DNA of 61,767 nt. Source: an uncultured beta proteobacterium. GTDB taxonomy: Bacteria > Pseudomonadota > Gammaproteobacteria > Burkholderiales > Burkholderiaceae_B. Positions 10,217-21,175 of this stretch are shown one piece after another (positions within the stretch are counted from its first letter, which is position 1; each line of letters starts with the position of its first letter). The translations under genes and the position numbers were made by a program. The notes under the pieces are model-generated. The model did no database searches, was not told the DNA's origin, and was given only the letters and a program-made list of their open reading frames with translations. The stretch is taken from NCBI GenBank assembly GCA_903865015.1, contig CAIPID010000282.1:1-61767 (forward strand), given 5' to 3'.

Positions 10217-11241
10217 TGGTCGCGGTGACTGCAAAAACGGTGGTTCTGCTCGTGACGAGCGCACTGGCCGTGTTGACCGCAGGCGCGCAAGCGCAAGTGC
10301 CTTTAGCGGTGGCGCCTCAATCCCAGGCGCAACCTCTGGCAGATTCAAAATTATTGTCACAAATTCAGCGCGCCGCCCATTCGCTTAATTACGCCGGCGT
10401 ATTCACTTATCAGCAGGGTGGGGCGATTGAGTCTTCGCGCCTGGCGCATGGCTTTGATGGTCAGAACGAAACAGAAAAACTGGAGCTGCTTGATGGTCCG
10501 GCGCGCGAGTATTTGCGGCGCAACGAAGACGTGCAGTGCCTGATCCCTGAGCAAAAAACTGTCTTGCTTGAAAAGCAACGTGGTGATCGTTTCCCTGGGC
10601 TTTTACTTTCCAACACGCAATCGATCGATGAGAATTACAGTGTGCGACCTTTGCCTCAACCTATGCGCGTGGCGGGCAGGACGTGCCAGTTGATTGATGT
10701 TGCACCACGTGATGCTGCGCGCTATGGTTACCGGTTGTGTGCCGATATAGAAACAGGGCTGTTACTCAAGGCGCAAACAATCAACACGGATGGACACGTC
10801 GTTGAACAAGTCGCGTTCACAGAAATCGCGATTGGTTCTGCGGTCGCGCAAAATCTCTTGCAACCCTCATGGCCCATCGCGGGTTGGACCGTTTTGGAGC
10901 CAGTACAAAAAACGGTTGATTTGAAATCATTGGGCTGGAACATCCATGCGCCCGCAGGCTTTGCGCCCACATCGCAGTTGCAACAGTTTTTTGCTGATAA
11001 TAAAGTCGTTCATCAGATGGTGTTGTCAGATGGTTTAGCAACTATTTCAATATTTATTGAACCTTATCTGAATGAGCGGTCTGACTATAAACCCCTTGGT
11101 GCTGCACAGGTCGGCTCTGTGAATCTCTATGGGGTAAGAGTTGCAAATTTCTGGCTGACTGTTCTGGGTGAAGTGCCGGCTTCCACTCTCGAAAAGTTTG
11201 CGCAGTCCATTCAATACGCACCTAACGCAGCCTCAAAATAG
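10216..11241 (+). CDS. rseB: RseB/MucB periplasmic regulator
   Basis: Signal peptide, LDGPARE, SDGLATISIFIE, GEVP. Confidence 0.92.
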   Translation: MVAVTAKTVVLLVTSALAVLTAGAQAQVPLAVAPQSQAQPLADSKLLSQIQRAAHSLNYAGVFTYQQGGAIESSRLAHGFDGQNETEKLELLDGPAREYLRRNEDVQCLIPEQKTVLLEKQRGDRFPGLLLSNTQSIDENYSVRPLPQPMRVAGRTCQLIDVAPRDAARYGYRLCADIETGLLLKAQTINTDGHVVEQVAFTEIAIGSAVAQNLLQPSWPIAGWTVLEPVQKTVDLKSLGWNIHAPAGFAPTSQLQQFFADNKVVHQMVLSDGLATISIFIEPYLNERSDYKPLGAAQVGSVNLYGVRVANFWLTVLGEVPASTLEKFAQSIQYAPNAASK

Positions 11242-11277
11242 CAGGCTGCGCAGGGAGCAAGAAAAACGGAGTTCAAG

Positions 11278-12783
11278 ATGCGAGATCTGTATCAGTCATA
11301 TCTGTATCTGCCCGCTGACCGTGCGCGTCGCGCATTGGTCGCCCTCATGCTTGGGGTCGTCCTGGTTGCAGGTGGTGTTCATACACAACAAGCACACGCA
11401 CAAAACGTAGCGTTGCCTGATTTCACGACCATTGTCGAAAAGGCAGAGCCTGCAGTGGTCAATATCCGAACCACCGCAAAAGTAAGCGCACGTGGGCAGG
11501 CGCCAGGCGGCGGCCAGGATCCTTACGAGATGTTCAGACATTTCTTCGGTCCTGATTTTCAGCCTCCCGGACCAGGCGGTAAGGGCGGTCCACCACAGCA
11601 AGGCCCGCGTGGCAAGCGTGCTGAACCCGAGGAGCGTACAGTTCCACGCGGTGTGGGTTCCGGCTTCTTTATTTCAGAAGATGGTTTCGTTTTGACGAAT
11701 CATCATGTGGTGGCCGATGCGACAGAAATTTTCATAACACTGACGGATGGTCGCGAATTCAAAGCCAAGTTGATTGGTAGTGATGAGCGCACTGATGTGG
11801 CATTACTCAAAGTCGATGCCAAAGGTATGTCGATTCTTCCAGTTGGAGATGCGAAACAACTTAAAAAAGGTCAGTGGGTATTAGCCATTGGTTCTCCTTT
11901 CGGCCTAGACTCAACTGTGACCTCTGGTATTGTTAGCGCGCTGGGTCGTGATACGGGTGACTATCTGCCCTTTATCCAGACTGATGTCGCTGTCAATCCC
12001 GGTAACTCGGGTGGTCCCTTGCTAAATATGAAAGGCGAAGTGGTCGGTATCAATTCGCAGATCGTTTCGCGCAGCGGTGGATCAATGGGGATTTCGTTAG
12101 CGATCCCGATCAACGAGGCCATGGTTGTCGTTGAGCAGCTCCGTGCTTCTGGCAAGGTTGTCCGCGGTCGTATTGGTGTGCAGATCGGTGAGGTCAGCAA
12201 GGATGTGTCCGCTGCCATTGGCTTGCCCAAGGCTGAAGGCGCCATGGTCAGCGGTGTCGAGCAAGATGCCCCTGCAGACAAGGCTGGTATTTTGGCTGGC
12301 GACGTGATTACCAGCTTTAACGGCAAGCCAATCAACAAATTCTCTGATTTGCCCCGTCTGGTTGGTGAGGTCAAACCAGGTACCTCTGCGCCGATAGAGG
12401 TCTGGCGTAAGGGTAAGGTCGTCAAGCTCAAGGTCACAGTGGGCGAGATGAAGGCTGATCCTAAGGCTGTCGCCAAGGCAGAAGAAGCCAAACCCGCTGA
12501 GGCGACCACAACGGTGCTTGGTATGGATGTGGTGCCGGTCGAGGCTGATCTGCAGACTAAATTACGCATCAAAGGTGGCGTGCAGGTCAGTTCCGTCGAA
12601 GGCCCTGCCAGTTCGGCGGGGATCGCCGAGGGTGACATTATTCTGGCAGCAAACGACACGGACATCACCAGTCCAGAGCAATTTGCCAAGTTTGTAGCCG
12701 GTCTGGATAAAACCCGTCCGGTTGGCTTGATGCTGCGCCGGGGTGATCAAACTCAGTGGGTAGCGGTTAAACCCACAAAATAA
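11278..12783 (+). CDS. mucD: DegP/DegQ/MucD serine protease with two PDZ domains
   Basis: GSGF, TNHHV, DVAL, GNSGGPL. Confidence 0.9.
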   Translation: MRDLYQSYLYLPADRARRALVALMLGVVLVAGGVHTQQAHAQNVALPDFTTIVEKAEPAVVNIRTTAKVSARGQAPGGGQDPYEMFRHFFGPDFQPPGPGGKGGPPQQGPRGKRAEPEERTVPRGVGSGFFISEDGFVLTNHHVVADATEIFITLTDGREFKAKLIGSDERTDVALLKVDAKGMSILPVGDAKQLKKGQWVLAIGSPFGLDSTVTSGIVSALGRDTGDYLPFIQTDVAVNPGNSGGPLLNMKGEVVGINSQIVSRSGGSMGISLAIPINEAMVVVEQLRASGKVVRGRIGVQIGEVSKDVSAAIGLPKAEGAMVSGVEQDAPADKAGILAGDVITSFNGKPINKFSDLPRLVGEVKPGTSAPIEVWRKGKVVKLKVTVGEMKADPKAVAKAEEAKPAEATTTVLGMDVVPVEADLQTKLRIKGGVQVSSVEGPASSAGIAEGDIILAANDTDITSPEQFAKFVAGLDKTRPVGLMLRRGDQTQWVAVKPTK

Positions 12784-12814
12784 GACAAGACCGGCTAGAA
12801 TAGCGGTTTGACGC

Positions 12815-12839
12815 AAAAGGGGCGCAAGGCGCCCCTTTT
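12815..12839. terminator. intrinsic terminator after degP/mucD (symmetric)
   Basis: AAAAGGGGCGC-AAG-GCGCCCCTTTT. Confidence 0.8.
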
Positions 12840-12865
12840 GCTTGCTGGCTCACTTCTTAGGCTCT

Positions 12866-14656
12866 ATGCAGCACATTCGCAATTTCTCCATCATTGCCCA
12901 TATTGATCATGGCAAATCAACGCTCGCAGACCGGCTGATTCAGCGCTGCGGGGGGTTGGCCGCCCGTGAGATGTCCGCTCAGGTTCTGGATTCGATGGAT
13001 ATCGAACGTGAGCGTGGCATCACGATCAAGGCACAGACTGCCGCCCTGCACTATAAAGCGCTTGACGGCAATATTTACAACCTTAATCTGATCGATACCC
13101 CCGGACACGTCGACTTTTCCTACGAGGTCAGTCGTTCGTTGTCCGCCTGCGAAGGCGCGTTGCTGGTGGTCGATGCTTCCCAGGGCGTTGAGGCGCAGAC
13201 GGTTGCTAACTGCTACACGGCGATTGAGCTGGGTGTCGAGGTCGTACCCATCCTGAACAAAATGGATTTGCCCCAGGCAGATCCAGAGAGCGCGCGTGCA
13301 GAGGTTGAAGACGTCATCGGCATCGATGCGACGGATGCTATTTTGGCGAGTGCCAAAACGGGCATGGGCATTGATGAGATCCTTGAGGCAGTGGTTGCGC
13401 GGATCCCTGCCCCTAAAGGCGATCCAACAGCGCCGTTACAGGCCTTGATTGTTGACTCCTGGTTTGATAATTACGTCGGTGTCGTGATGCTGGTGCGTAT
13501 TATCAATGGCGTGCTCAAGCCCAAAGACCGTATTACGTTTATGGCGACTGGTGCGATGCACTTGTGCGAGCAGACCGGTGTGTTTACACCAAAATCCGTG
13601 CCGCGTGCGCACTTGTCGGCAGGTGAGGTGGGCTTTGTCACGGCCGGTATTAAAGAGCTCAAAGACGCCAAGGTTGGTGACACCATTACGCTCACCGCCA
13701 AACCAGCGGCTGAGGCGTTGCCAGGTTTTAAAGAGGTCAAGCCTCAGGTGTTTGCGGGTCTCTATCCGGTTGAGAGTAGCGAGTACGACCAGCTGCGTGA
13801 CTCGCTCGAAAAGCTCAAGCTCAATGACTCGGCATTGATGTTCGAACCTGAGGTATCTCAGGCGCTGGGTTTTGGATTCCGTTGCGGATTCCTCGGTTTG
13901 CTGCATATGGAAATTGTTCAGGAACGACTCGAGCGTGAGTTTGATATGGACATCATCACCACGGCACCTTCGGTCGTCTACGAAGTTGTACTACGTGATA
14001 ACGAGGTCATCCATATTGAAAGCCCTTCGCGCATGCCTGAAGTGGGTAAGTTTATCGAGGTGCGTGAGCCGATCGTGAATGTGACGCTGTTCATGCCACA
14101 GGAATACGTTGGGCCTGTGATGACCCTGTGCACCACTAAGCGTGGTGTCCAGCTGGATATGACTTATCACGGTCGTCAGGTGCATCTGCATTATGAGATC
14201 CCGCTGGCCGAGATTGTGCTGGACTTCTTTGATAAGTTGAAATCCGTATCACGCGGCTATGCCTCGATGGATTACGAATTTAAAGAGTATCGGGCCGCCG
14301 ACGTGGTCAAGGTTGATCTGTTGATCAATACCGATAAGGTCGATGCGTTATCGACGATCTGTCATCGTTCCAATGCACGCTATCGGGCTCGGGATGTCGT
14401 ATCAAAGATGCGAGAACTGATTCCTCGTCAGATGTATGACGTAGCGATTCAGGCCGCGATCGGAGCTGAGATTATTGCCCGCGAAAACGTCAAAGCTTTG
14501 CGTAAAAACGTGCTGGCCAAGTGCTACGGTGGCGATATCAGCCGTAAGAAAAAACTGCTTGAAAAGCAGAAGGCCGGTAAAAAACGCATGAAACAAGTCG
14601 GCAGTGTCGAGATCCCGCAAGAAGCCTTCCTGGCGATCCTGCAGGTCGATAGCTAA
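12866..14656 (+). CDS. lepA: elongation factor 4
   Basis: [34 protein letters not shown]. Confidence 0.99.
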   Translation: MQHIRNFSIIAHIDHGKSTLADRLIQRCGGLAAREMSAQVLDSMDIERERGITIKAQTAALHYKALDGNIYNLNLIDTPGHVDFSYEVSRSLSACEGALLVVDASQGVEAQTVANCYTAIELGVEVVPILNKMDLPQADPESARAEVEDVIGIDATDAILASAKTGMGIDEILEAVVARIPAPKGDPTAPLQALIVDSWFDNYVGVVMLVRIINGVLKPKDRITFMATGAMHLCEQTGVFTPKSVPRAHLSAGEVGFVTAGIKELKDAKVGDTITLTAKPAAEALPGFKEVKPQVFAGLYPVESSEYDQLRDSLEKLKLNDSALMFEPEVSQALGFGFRCGFLGLLHMEIVQERLEREFDMDIITTAPSVVYEVVLRDNEVIHIESPSRMPEVGKFIEVREPIVNVTLFMPQEYVGPVMTLCTTKRGVQLDMTYHGRQVHLHYEIPLAEIVLDFFDKLKSVSRGYASMDYEFKEYRAADVVKVDLLINTDKVDALSTICHRSNARYRARDVVSKMRELIPRQMYDVAIQAAIGAEIIARENVKALRKNVLAKCYGGDISRKKKLLEKQKAGKKRMKQVGSVEIPQEAFLAILQVDS

Positions 14657-14686
14657 TCCGAATTTAATCGTCAACAGGTTGAGCTG

Positions 14687-15574
14687 ATGAGCTGGAACTT
14701 TGCATTAATTTTATTTGTGTTGCTTGTCGTGACGGGCATTGTCTGGACGCTGGATCGCTTTTCACTTAGAGCAAAGCGACGTCAAAAAGTCGAGGATGCG
14801 CTTGCGCTGGCCCGTCCAAGCTGGTCCGCCTTGCCACCCGCTGAGGTGCAAGCGCGCGAAGAGCAAATCCGTGCTGAGCTGGGCCGCATGCCGTGGTGGG
14901 TTGAGTATGGCGTGAGCTTTTTTCCCGTCATTTTATTTGTCTTTGTATTGCGCTCATTCATTGTTGAACCTTTTCGTATCCCCTCTGGTTCGATGTTGCC
15001 GACTTTGCAATCCGGCGATTTGATTCTGGTCAACAAGTTCACCTATGGTTTGCGTCTGCCTGTGATTGATACCAAAGTTATTCCAGTCGGATCACCCCAG
15101 CGCGGTGATGTGATGGTGTTTCGTTACCCGTTGGATCCTTCAGTTGATTACATCAAACGTGTTGTGGGCCTACCCGGAGATGAGGTGGCCTATCTGGATA
15201 AAAAGCTCTTTATCAATGGTAAAGAGGTCCCTCGCAAGCGAGATGGTGAGTATTTTGAGCCGGATCGTGTGGCGTATACCGCACAGTTTACAGAACAACT
15301 GGGTGATGTCTCGCACGAAATCCTGCTTGATGAGCGAGGATCGCAGAATTTAGCACCAATTTCAAACTTTCCGTATCGTGATAAATGTGAATACCTACGT
15401 AATGGCATCCGATGCACCGTGCCGGCGGGTGTTTACTTTATGATGGGTGATAACCGCGACAATAGCCTTGATAGCCGTTACTGGGGATTTGTCCCAGAAG
15501 CCAACATCGTAGGACGTGCCTTTTTCATCTGGATGAATTTTGGCAGCCTGGGTCGCATTGGTCCTTTCCATTGA
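14687..15574 (+). CDS. lepB: signal peptidase I
   Basis: [24 protein letters not shown]. Confidence 0.97.
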   Translation: MSWNFALILFVLLVVTGIVWTLDRFSLRAKRRQKVEDALALARPSWSALPPAEVQAREEQIRAELGRMPWWVEYGVSFFPVILFVFVLRSFIVEPFRIPSGSMLPTLQSGDLILVNKFTYGLRLPVIDTKVIPVGSPQRGDVMVFRYPLDPSVDYIKRVVGLPGDEVAYLDKKLFINGKEVPRKRDGEYFEPDRVAYTAQFTEQLGDVSHEILLDERGSQNLAPISNFPYRDKCEYLRNGIRCTVPAGVYFMMGDNRDNSLDSRYWGFVPEANIVGRAFFIWMNFGSLGRIGPFH

Positions 15575-15590
15575 TTGTGCTTATTTATTA

Positions 15591-16349
15591 ATGTCACTTG
15601 CCGTACTAGAAACCTCTCTCGAATATAAGTTTTCTAAGCCTGCTCTGCTGGAGCAGGCCCTGACCCATCGCAGCCATGGCGCGCGTCACAACGAACGCCT
15701 TGAGTTTCTGGGTGACTCGGTGCTCAGCGTTGCGGTCGCAGCTTTGCTGTTCAATCATTACGGCACGCTCGACGAGGGCGATCTGTCCCGTGTGCGTGCC
15801 AATCTAGTGAAACAATCCTCACTTGCCGATATTGCCCAAAAACTCGATCTCTCGCGCTTTTTGCGTTTGGGTGAGGGGGAGCTCAAAAGTGGAGGTTTTC
15901 GGCGCCCTTCGATCCTTGCTGATACCTTTGAGGCGATTCTGGCCGCTGTCTATCTGGATGGTGGCTTTATTGAGGCGCAAGCACTGATTGAGCGGCTCTA
16001 CATCCCGATCCTTGAAAACGTCGACCCCTTAACGCTGGGCAAGGATGCCAAGACTTTGCTGCAAGAATTCCTGCAGAGTCGCAAACTTGCGTTGCCGATC
16101 TATAACGTTGTCGCAACGACCGGTGCTGCGCATAGTCAGCAATTTGAGGTGGAATGTTGTATTCCTGCACTTGATATCAAAGTCACCGCGCCCGGCTCGA
16201 GTCGTCGTGCGGCAGAGCAGTCGGCTGCAAAGCTTGCGCTCGAGGGTGCTGAGGCGGCCAGCCCAGCACCCCTTAAAAAGCGTTCTACCCGGGCGCGCAA
16301 AACGGCACAACTTACGCTGCCGGTTGCGGTTGCCCAGGAGCTTAAATGA
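15591..16349 (+). CDS. rnc: ribonuclease III
   Basis: [10 protein letters not shown], dsRNA-binding domain. Confidence 0.97.
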   Translation: MSLAVLETSLEYKFSKPALLEQALTHRSHGARHNERLEFLGDSVLSVAVAALLFNHYGTLDEGDLSRVRANLVKQSSLADIAQKLDLSRFLRLGEGELKSGGFRRPSILADTFEAILAAVYLDGGFIEAQALIERLYIPILENVDPLTLGKDAKTLLQEFLQSRKLALPIYNVVATTGAAHSQQFEVECCIPALDIKVTAPGSSRRAAEQSAAKLALEGAEAASPAPLKKRSTRARKTAQLTLPVAVAQELK

Positions 16350-17236
16350 CAGAAACAGCACATCGCTGTGGTTACATTGCAGTCGTCGGTCGTCCCAACG
16401 TGGGCAAGTCCACTCTGACTAATGCACTGATTGGTTCAAAAATCACTATCGTTTCGCGTAAAGCGCAAACCACCCGTCACCGTATTCAAGGCGTGCTGAC
16501 GCGAGAGCACGAGCAGTTCGTGTTTGTGGATACCCCGGGCTTTCAGACGCGACATGGCGGTGCCATGAATGTCATGATGAACCGCGTGGTGACCCAGACC
16601 CTCGCTGATGTGGATGTGGTGTTGTTTGTGGTTGAGGCAGGCAAGTGGTCGCCTGGTGACGCCAAGCTGCTGACCCTGCTGCATAATCCAAAAAAAACCA
16701 TTCTGGTGATCAGTAAGATCGACCAGATTAAAAATCGGGACGAACTCTATCCCTTTGTGGCCAAGATCGCCTCGCTGTATAACTTCAGCGCGATTGTCCC
16801 AGTGAGTGCGAATAAAAAGCACCAGCTCGATCAGTTGCTTGATGAGGTTGCAAAACGCCTGCCTGAAAACGATGCTTTTTTCGAGCCTGATACGCTGACT
16901 GATCGCTCAATGCGTTTTATCGCAGCCGAGTTGATTCGTGAAAAAATCTTCCGTCTGGTGGGTGATGAGTTGCCTTACGGCAGCACCGTCACGATTGAGC
17001 AATGGGACGAGACGGATAAAGGTGTGAGCATTGCAGCTTGCGTCATCGTTGAGCGGGAGAGTCATCGCCCGATGTTGCTGGGTGTTGGTGGCACGCACAT
17101 GAAACGTATTGCTTCCGAGGCGCGCCAGGATATGGCAAAGTTGTTGGATAAACCCGTCCACCTTGAGGTGTATATCAAGGTGCGCAAGGGCTGGGCGGAT
17201 AAAGCCGCAAGCCTGCGCGATCTGGGTTATGAGTAA
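16346..17236 (+). CDS. era: GTPase Era
   Basis: [15 protein letters not shown] domain. Confidence 0.97.
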   Translation: MTETAHRCGYIAVVGRPNVGKSTLTNALIGSKITIVSRKAQTTRHRIQGVLTREHEQFVFVDTPGFQTRHGGAMNVMMNRVVTQTLADVDVVLFVVEAGKWSPGDAKLLTLLHNPKKTILVISKIDQIKNRDELYPFVAKIASLYNFSAIVPVSANKKHQLDQLLDEVAKRLPENDAFFEPDTLTDRSMRFIAAELIREKIFRLVGDELPYGSTVTIEQWDETDKGVSIAACVIVERESHRPMLLGVGGTHMKRIASEARQDMAKLLDKPVHLEVYIKVRKGWADKAASLRDLGYE

Positions 17237-17828
17237 ACGCGTATTACGCATACTTGATACGCCGGGCTACGTATTGCATACAACGGCCTGGCGTGAAACT
17301 TCCCTTGTAGTTCAAATATTTTCCAGAGATCACGGCTGGGTCACCATGGTGGCCAAGGGTGCCAAACGCCCACATTCCGTACTCAGACCCGCCTTATCTG
17401 TCTTTCAGCCCTTGTTGCTGTCATGGACAGGCGCGGGCGAGGTTAAAACACTCATCCGTGCCGAATGTGCCGGCGTGCACGCACTGCCTGGTTCAGCCAT
17501 GATGTCCTGCTGGTATATGAATGAACTGCTGTTTCGTTTATTACCGCACGAGGACTCTCACCCCGCTTTATTTGATGCGTATGTCATTGCGATGCAGCGT
17601 CTCGCTGCAGGCGAATCGGCTGCAGGTGCTTTGCGCAGATTTGAATGGATTTTGTTGCAAGAGACGGGGTATGGTCTGGATGCGGAAGAGCCAGACTTCG
17701 ACGATCCGCAGATTGAACCGGATCTGAGAGTGAAATTGCGTGCCAGACTCTCCGATCATTTGACGGGAAAGCCGCTGGCAACACGTCAGGTCTTGATGTC
17801 GTTGCAGCGTTATCAGGCGCCTAAATAA
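17229..17828 (+). CDS. recO: DNA repair protein RecO (short form)
   Basis: WRETSL, AKGAKRP, YMNELL; follows era. Confidence 0.93.
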   Translation: MSKRVLRILDTPGYVLHTTAWRETSLVVQIFSRDHGWVTMVAKGAKRPHSVLRPALSVFQPLLLSWTGAGEVKTLIRAECAGVHALPGSAMMSCWYMNELLFRLLPHEDSHPALFDAYVIAMQRLAAGESAAGALRRFEWILLQETGYGLDAEEPDFDDPQIEPDLRVKLRARLSDHLTGKPLATRQVLMSLQRYQAPK

Positions 17829-17839
17829 AAATCAAACCA

Positions 17840-19150
17840 TTATTTTCTATTCAGCAACAAGTCGTAAATGGGTTCTTGTTTCAGAACGGCTGGTATCAAG
17901 GTGCACATCACACTTGAAATGAGCAAGGGAATCATTAATTCCACTTTGCCACTCATTTCTACTACCAGCAAAATGCCTGTTAAAGGCGACCTGACGACAA
18001 CCATAAAAAATGCCCCCATCCCCACGAGTGCAAAAGAGATGAGGTCGAGCTGACCTAGGTGCGTAGCAGCGAGTATGGGGTTGATCAGGAGTACAAAAAT
18101 GACGCCCAAGCCTGATCCCATGAGGAGCAGGGGGGTGAATAATCCGCCAGGCACCCCCGTCATGTAGCTCATTGGACCTAGAAAAAAACGCACTGCGAGC
18201 ATCAATGCGAGCGGTAGCAAAAAAGATTGCTTGCTTAAAATTTCCTCAACTTGTGGCCCACCTCCACCAGCCCATTCAGGAAAGAAATAGGCAAGTAGGC
18301 CAACACCTGCGCCAATAAGCATGGCTTTAACGACCGGGGAGACCTGGTGAAAAGAGTCCCCAATGTTTAATGCACCGATTACTGTTTTGCTATATAGCAC
18401 GCCAATCAAGCTGATCAAGATCGAAAGTAATACATAGAAACATAGGCTGACCCCGTTGTCGGGCAACAGATCCCCTACGACAAACTCAACTGAGTTTCCA
18501 AAATAACTCCGAAAAACAATCATTCCGGTACAGACTGCGGTTAAAGAAACCATCAATCTTTTAATCGAAACCTTTTTAGCGATTTCTTCTACTGAAAAGG
18601 CAATGCCAGCGAGCGGCGCATTAAACGCAACCGATAATCCAGCTCCTGCGACGGCTGTGTATAACAATGATTGTTCAATGGCTTTGAGGCGAAACAGCTT
18701 TCCACACTCAGACCCGATCACTGCGGCTATTTGAACGGTAGGGCCTTCTTTGCCCAAAGCCATTCCGGAGCTTATCGATAGCAAACCGCCGACGAATTTA
18801 ATCGGTAAGGCCCTGAATCTGCTCGGTGTGGCCCCTTTCTGCATCACTGCCTCTACGTGCTGGATGCCGCTGCCGATTGTGGTTGGTTCCAGTTTGACTA
18901 AAAATCGTGCGAAACCTACACATACACCAGCTATCAAAGCGGTCACAACAAAACCAGGGATCAGCCAATTACCATCGGCCTCATGAAGATAAGTAACAAA
19001 CATAACCATCTTGCTGCCTATCGTGTTCAATAGGCTACGAAATGCGCCCCCTACCAGACCAACGAGCGCGCCTGCGATAGCCGCGACGATAAGTAGTCTG
19101 AAAAGCTCAAAGGGTGAATCAGAGGGATCGTTTGTTTGCGGCACTGTCAT
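17840..19150 (-). CDS. clcA: ClC family H+/Cl- antiporter
   Basis: GSGIQ, GKEGP, FNAPLAG...EE, GGLFTP, C-terminal PIY. Confidence 0.88.
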   Translation of the reverse strand: MTVPQTNDPSDSPFELFRLLIVAAIAGALVGLVGGAFRSLLNTIGSKMVMFVTYLHEADGNWLIPGFVVTALIAGVCVGFARFLVKLEPTTIGSGIQHVEAVMQKGATPSRFRALPIKFVGGLLSISSGMALGKEGPTVQIAAVIGSECGKLFRLKAIEQSLLYTAVAGAGLSVAFNAPLAGIAFSVEEIAKKVSIKRLMVSLTAVCTGMIVFRSYFGNSVEFVVGDLLPDNGVSLCFYVLLSILISLIGVLYSKTVIGALNIGDSFHQVSPVVKAMLIGAGVGLLAYFFPEWAGGGGPQVEEILSKQSFLLPLALMLAVRFFLGPMSYMTGVPGGLFTPLLLMGSGLGVIFVLLINPILAATHLGQLDLISFALVGMGAFFMVVVRSPLTGILLVVEMSGKVELMIPLLISSVMCTLIPAVLKQEPIYDLLLNRK

Positions 19151-19216
19151 TGATTACCCTTTCATAGCAAATACGTTTTCTTTGGAAAATTAACCAGATT
19201 TTTAATCTGCGCAAGA

Positions 19217-20206
19217 TTAATCTAGCTCGATATTTGCAGCCTGAGCGACGAACTGCCACTTTTGAATTTCAGCTGCGATAAAAACTTCTGTTTGTTCGGG
19301 TGTCATGTTGATAGGCTCAAACGCTATTTCAGCCAGACGGGCAATGTATTGCGGATTAGTGACGATTTTTTGATTCCATTCGCGCAACGTTGTTTGGATT
19401 GCTGCAGGGGTTTTAACCGGAACTGCAATGCCCCACCAGGAACTTGATACGATCTCAGGCATGCCGAGTTCGGTAAAAGTCGGCACTTCAGGCAAAGGCT
19501 TGAGACGCGCCGGGTGGGCGACGGCAAGAGCTTTAAGTTTGCCCTCGGCGATCAACGCTTGGAAAGTGCTCAGATCATTGACGTTGAGTGTGACCTCGCC
19601 ACTCAATACAGCCATGGTCGCGGGAGCACCGCCCTTGTATGGGACATGCAATAGTTCTGTGCCAGTTTTGGTGCGAAAAAGCTCAGCACCCATTTGCACG
19701 ATGCTACCGGTGCCGGCTGAGGAGTAGCTCAGTTTGCCGGGCTCTTTTTTTGCTAGGGCGATGAGTTCGGCGATGTTGTTGACGGGCACGGAAGGGCCCA
19801 CCACCAACAGGTGAGGCGCATCCGCGATCAGGCCGATCATCGAAAAATCTTTTTGGAAGTTGTACGGCAGTTTCTTTTGGACGACTTGGTTAATCACGCT
19901 TGTGCTGGCTGTACTGAATAAAATGGTATAGCCATTTGGTTCGGCACGCACTGCGTTTTGGGTACCAATGATGCCAGCGGCTCCCGCCATGTTTTCCACT
20001 ACAACAGCCTGGCCTGCTAACTTTGAAAGAAGTTGTGCGTAGAGTCGGGCCACGATATCACTGGGGCCTCCCGCAGGAAAGGGGACGATCAGCTGGAGTT
20101 GGCGGCTAGGATAGGGGGCAGAGGTTTGTGCCTGCGCCGAAGCATGAACGATGCCCACGCTGGCGATTGATGCTGCAAGCCATTTGACGAGGCGAAACGT
20201 ATTCAT
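19217..20206 (-). CDS. Bug/TctC tripartite tricarboxylate transporter solute receptor
   Basis: PFPAGGPSD, VPYKGG, signal peptide. Confidence 0.92.
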   Translation of the reverse strand: MNTFRLVKWLAASIASVGIVHASAQAQTSAPYPSRQLQLIVPFPAGGPSDIVARLYAQLLSKLAGQAVVVENMAGAAGIIGTQNAVRAEPNGYTILFSTASTSVINQVVQKKLPYNFQKDFSMIGLIADAPHLLVVGPSVPVNNIAELIALAKKEPGKLSYSSAGTGSIVQMGAELFRTKTGTELLHVPYKGGAPATMAVLSGEVTLNVNDLSTFQALIAEGKLKALAVAHPARLKPLPEVPTFTELGMPEIVSSSWWGIAVPVKTPAAIQTTLREWNQKIVTNPQYIARLAEIAFEPINMTPEQTEVFIAAEIQKWQFVAQAANIELD

Positions 20207-20222
20207 CAGGTAATCCGCGAAG

Positions 20223-21140
20223 CTAAGTATTCGGTTGGTCTAAAGGGGTCACGCAAGTCGCGAAATTGATCTGCGTTCGGATAAAGCCTCCACTGTGCAG
20301 GCTGTACGATAATCTGTCAAAGCCTGTTTTAGACATCTTAGGTGACTGCGCCCAGATACCATTTTGTAAATATCTTGTTATCGTATGTTCGAGGATCCGT
20401 GGACTGAGTCCCGGAAAGAAGCTCTGTACAAGCGTGACGATCATGGCTGGTGTTTGTGCGTGCATCCATGTCAGGAGTTCACACAGTACATCGTTGAGTG
20501 CTGTAAATGCTAAATGATGCTTATCCCACCCGTCTCGTGAGCAAATCAGCGTCGTGTAGACCGTCGGCCCGCGTGTGTGCCCAGCGTATAGTAATTGATA
20601 GTCTGGATCGGTTAGTAGCTCGCTCGCGAGTGGTTCGAAAAGGTGTGCGGCATCAAGTGTCCCAGCTTTCAGCGCTTGAATTTGCTCGTTCATACTGAGT
20701 CCACGCTTAAGTGAAGACTCTATTTTCGCGACATTCAAACCTAGGTCTCGCAAGTCAGCTTGCAGGCACAACCATGGTGTTGGCACTTCGGAGACCAGCG
20801 CCAGACGCAATTGTCGGAGTTGCGCGAGCTCAAAGCGGCCAAGGTTTTTTTTACCAATTAAAAAAAATGGATCGCGTGCAACCACCTCCCCGAAACACAG
20901 CAGGGACTGACCGTTGGCGGGCGTCGTGTCATGGTCTTTCATTACGCGCATGGGACCACCCCAAGTCAGATCGACTGAGCCATTTTTAATCGACTCAATG
21001 GCTCCACCTGGCGAGCCTGGTGGTAACCATTTGAGCTCAAATCCAGCCTGCTCGGCGAGACCCAGAGTTTTGAGTAAATAAAACGGTGTATAAAAAATAG
21101 CTCTAAAGTTTTCGGCGAGTGTAAGGGTCATATTGGACAA
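20223..21140 (-). CDS. NMT1/SsuA-like substrate-binding-fold protein lacking a signal peptide
   Basis: ENFRAIFYTPFY, WGGPMR, RDPFFL, FEP. Confidence 0.7.
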   Translation of the reverse strand: MSNMTLTLAENFRAIFYTPFYLLKTLGLAEQAGFELKWLPPGSPGGAIESIKNGSVDLTWGGPMRVMKDHDTTPANGQSLLCFGEVVARDPFFLIGKKNLGRFELAQLRQLRLALVSEVPTPWLCLQADLRDLGLNVAKIESSLKRGLSMNEQIQALKAGTLDAAHLFEPLASELLTDPDYQLLYAGHTRGPTVYTTLICSRDGWDKHHLAFTALNDVLCELLTWMHAQTPAMIVTLVQSFFPGLSPRILEHTITRYLQNGIWAQSPKMSKTGFDRLSYSLHSGGFIRTQINFATCVTPLDQPNT

Positions 21141-21175
21141 CGTGAATTCTTGATTCTGAACAATCTGAGCTTACT

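Noticed and set aside
11059-11084. sigmaE promoter for degP inside rseB (GAACCT...TCTGA)
   Set aside because: The spacer is 15 bp, one short of consensus, and the first half encodes the conserved IEP residues.
11490-11630. Gly/Pro-rich low-complexity segment in DegP
   Set aside because: It corresponds to the normal variable linker of HtrA proteases and is not a DNA repeat.
17229-17828. RecO truncated (199 aa)
   Set aside because: N- and C-terminal motifs are intact, and from memory short RecO proteins are normal in Bordetella relatives.
17840-19150. ClC as a fluoride exporter (CLC-F)
   Set aside because: It has GSGIQ and GKEGP rather than the GNNLI/GREGT signatures, and the gating glutamates are present.
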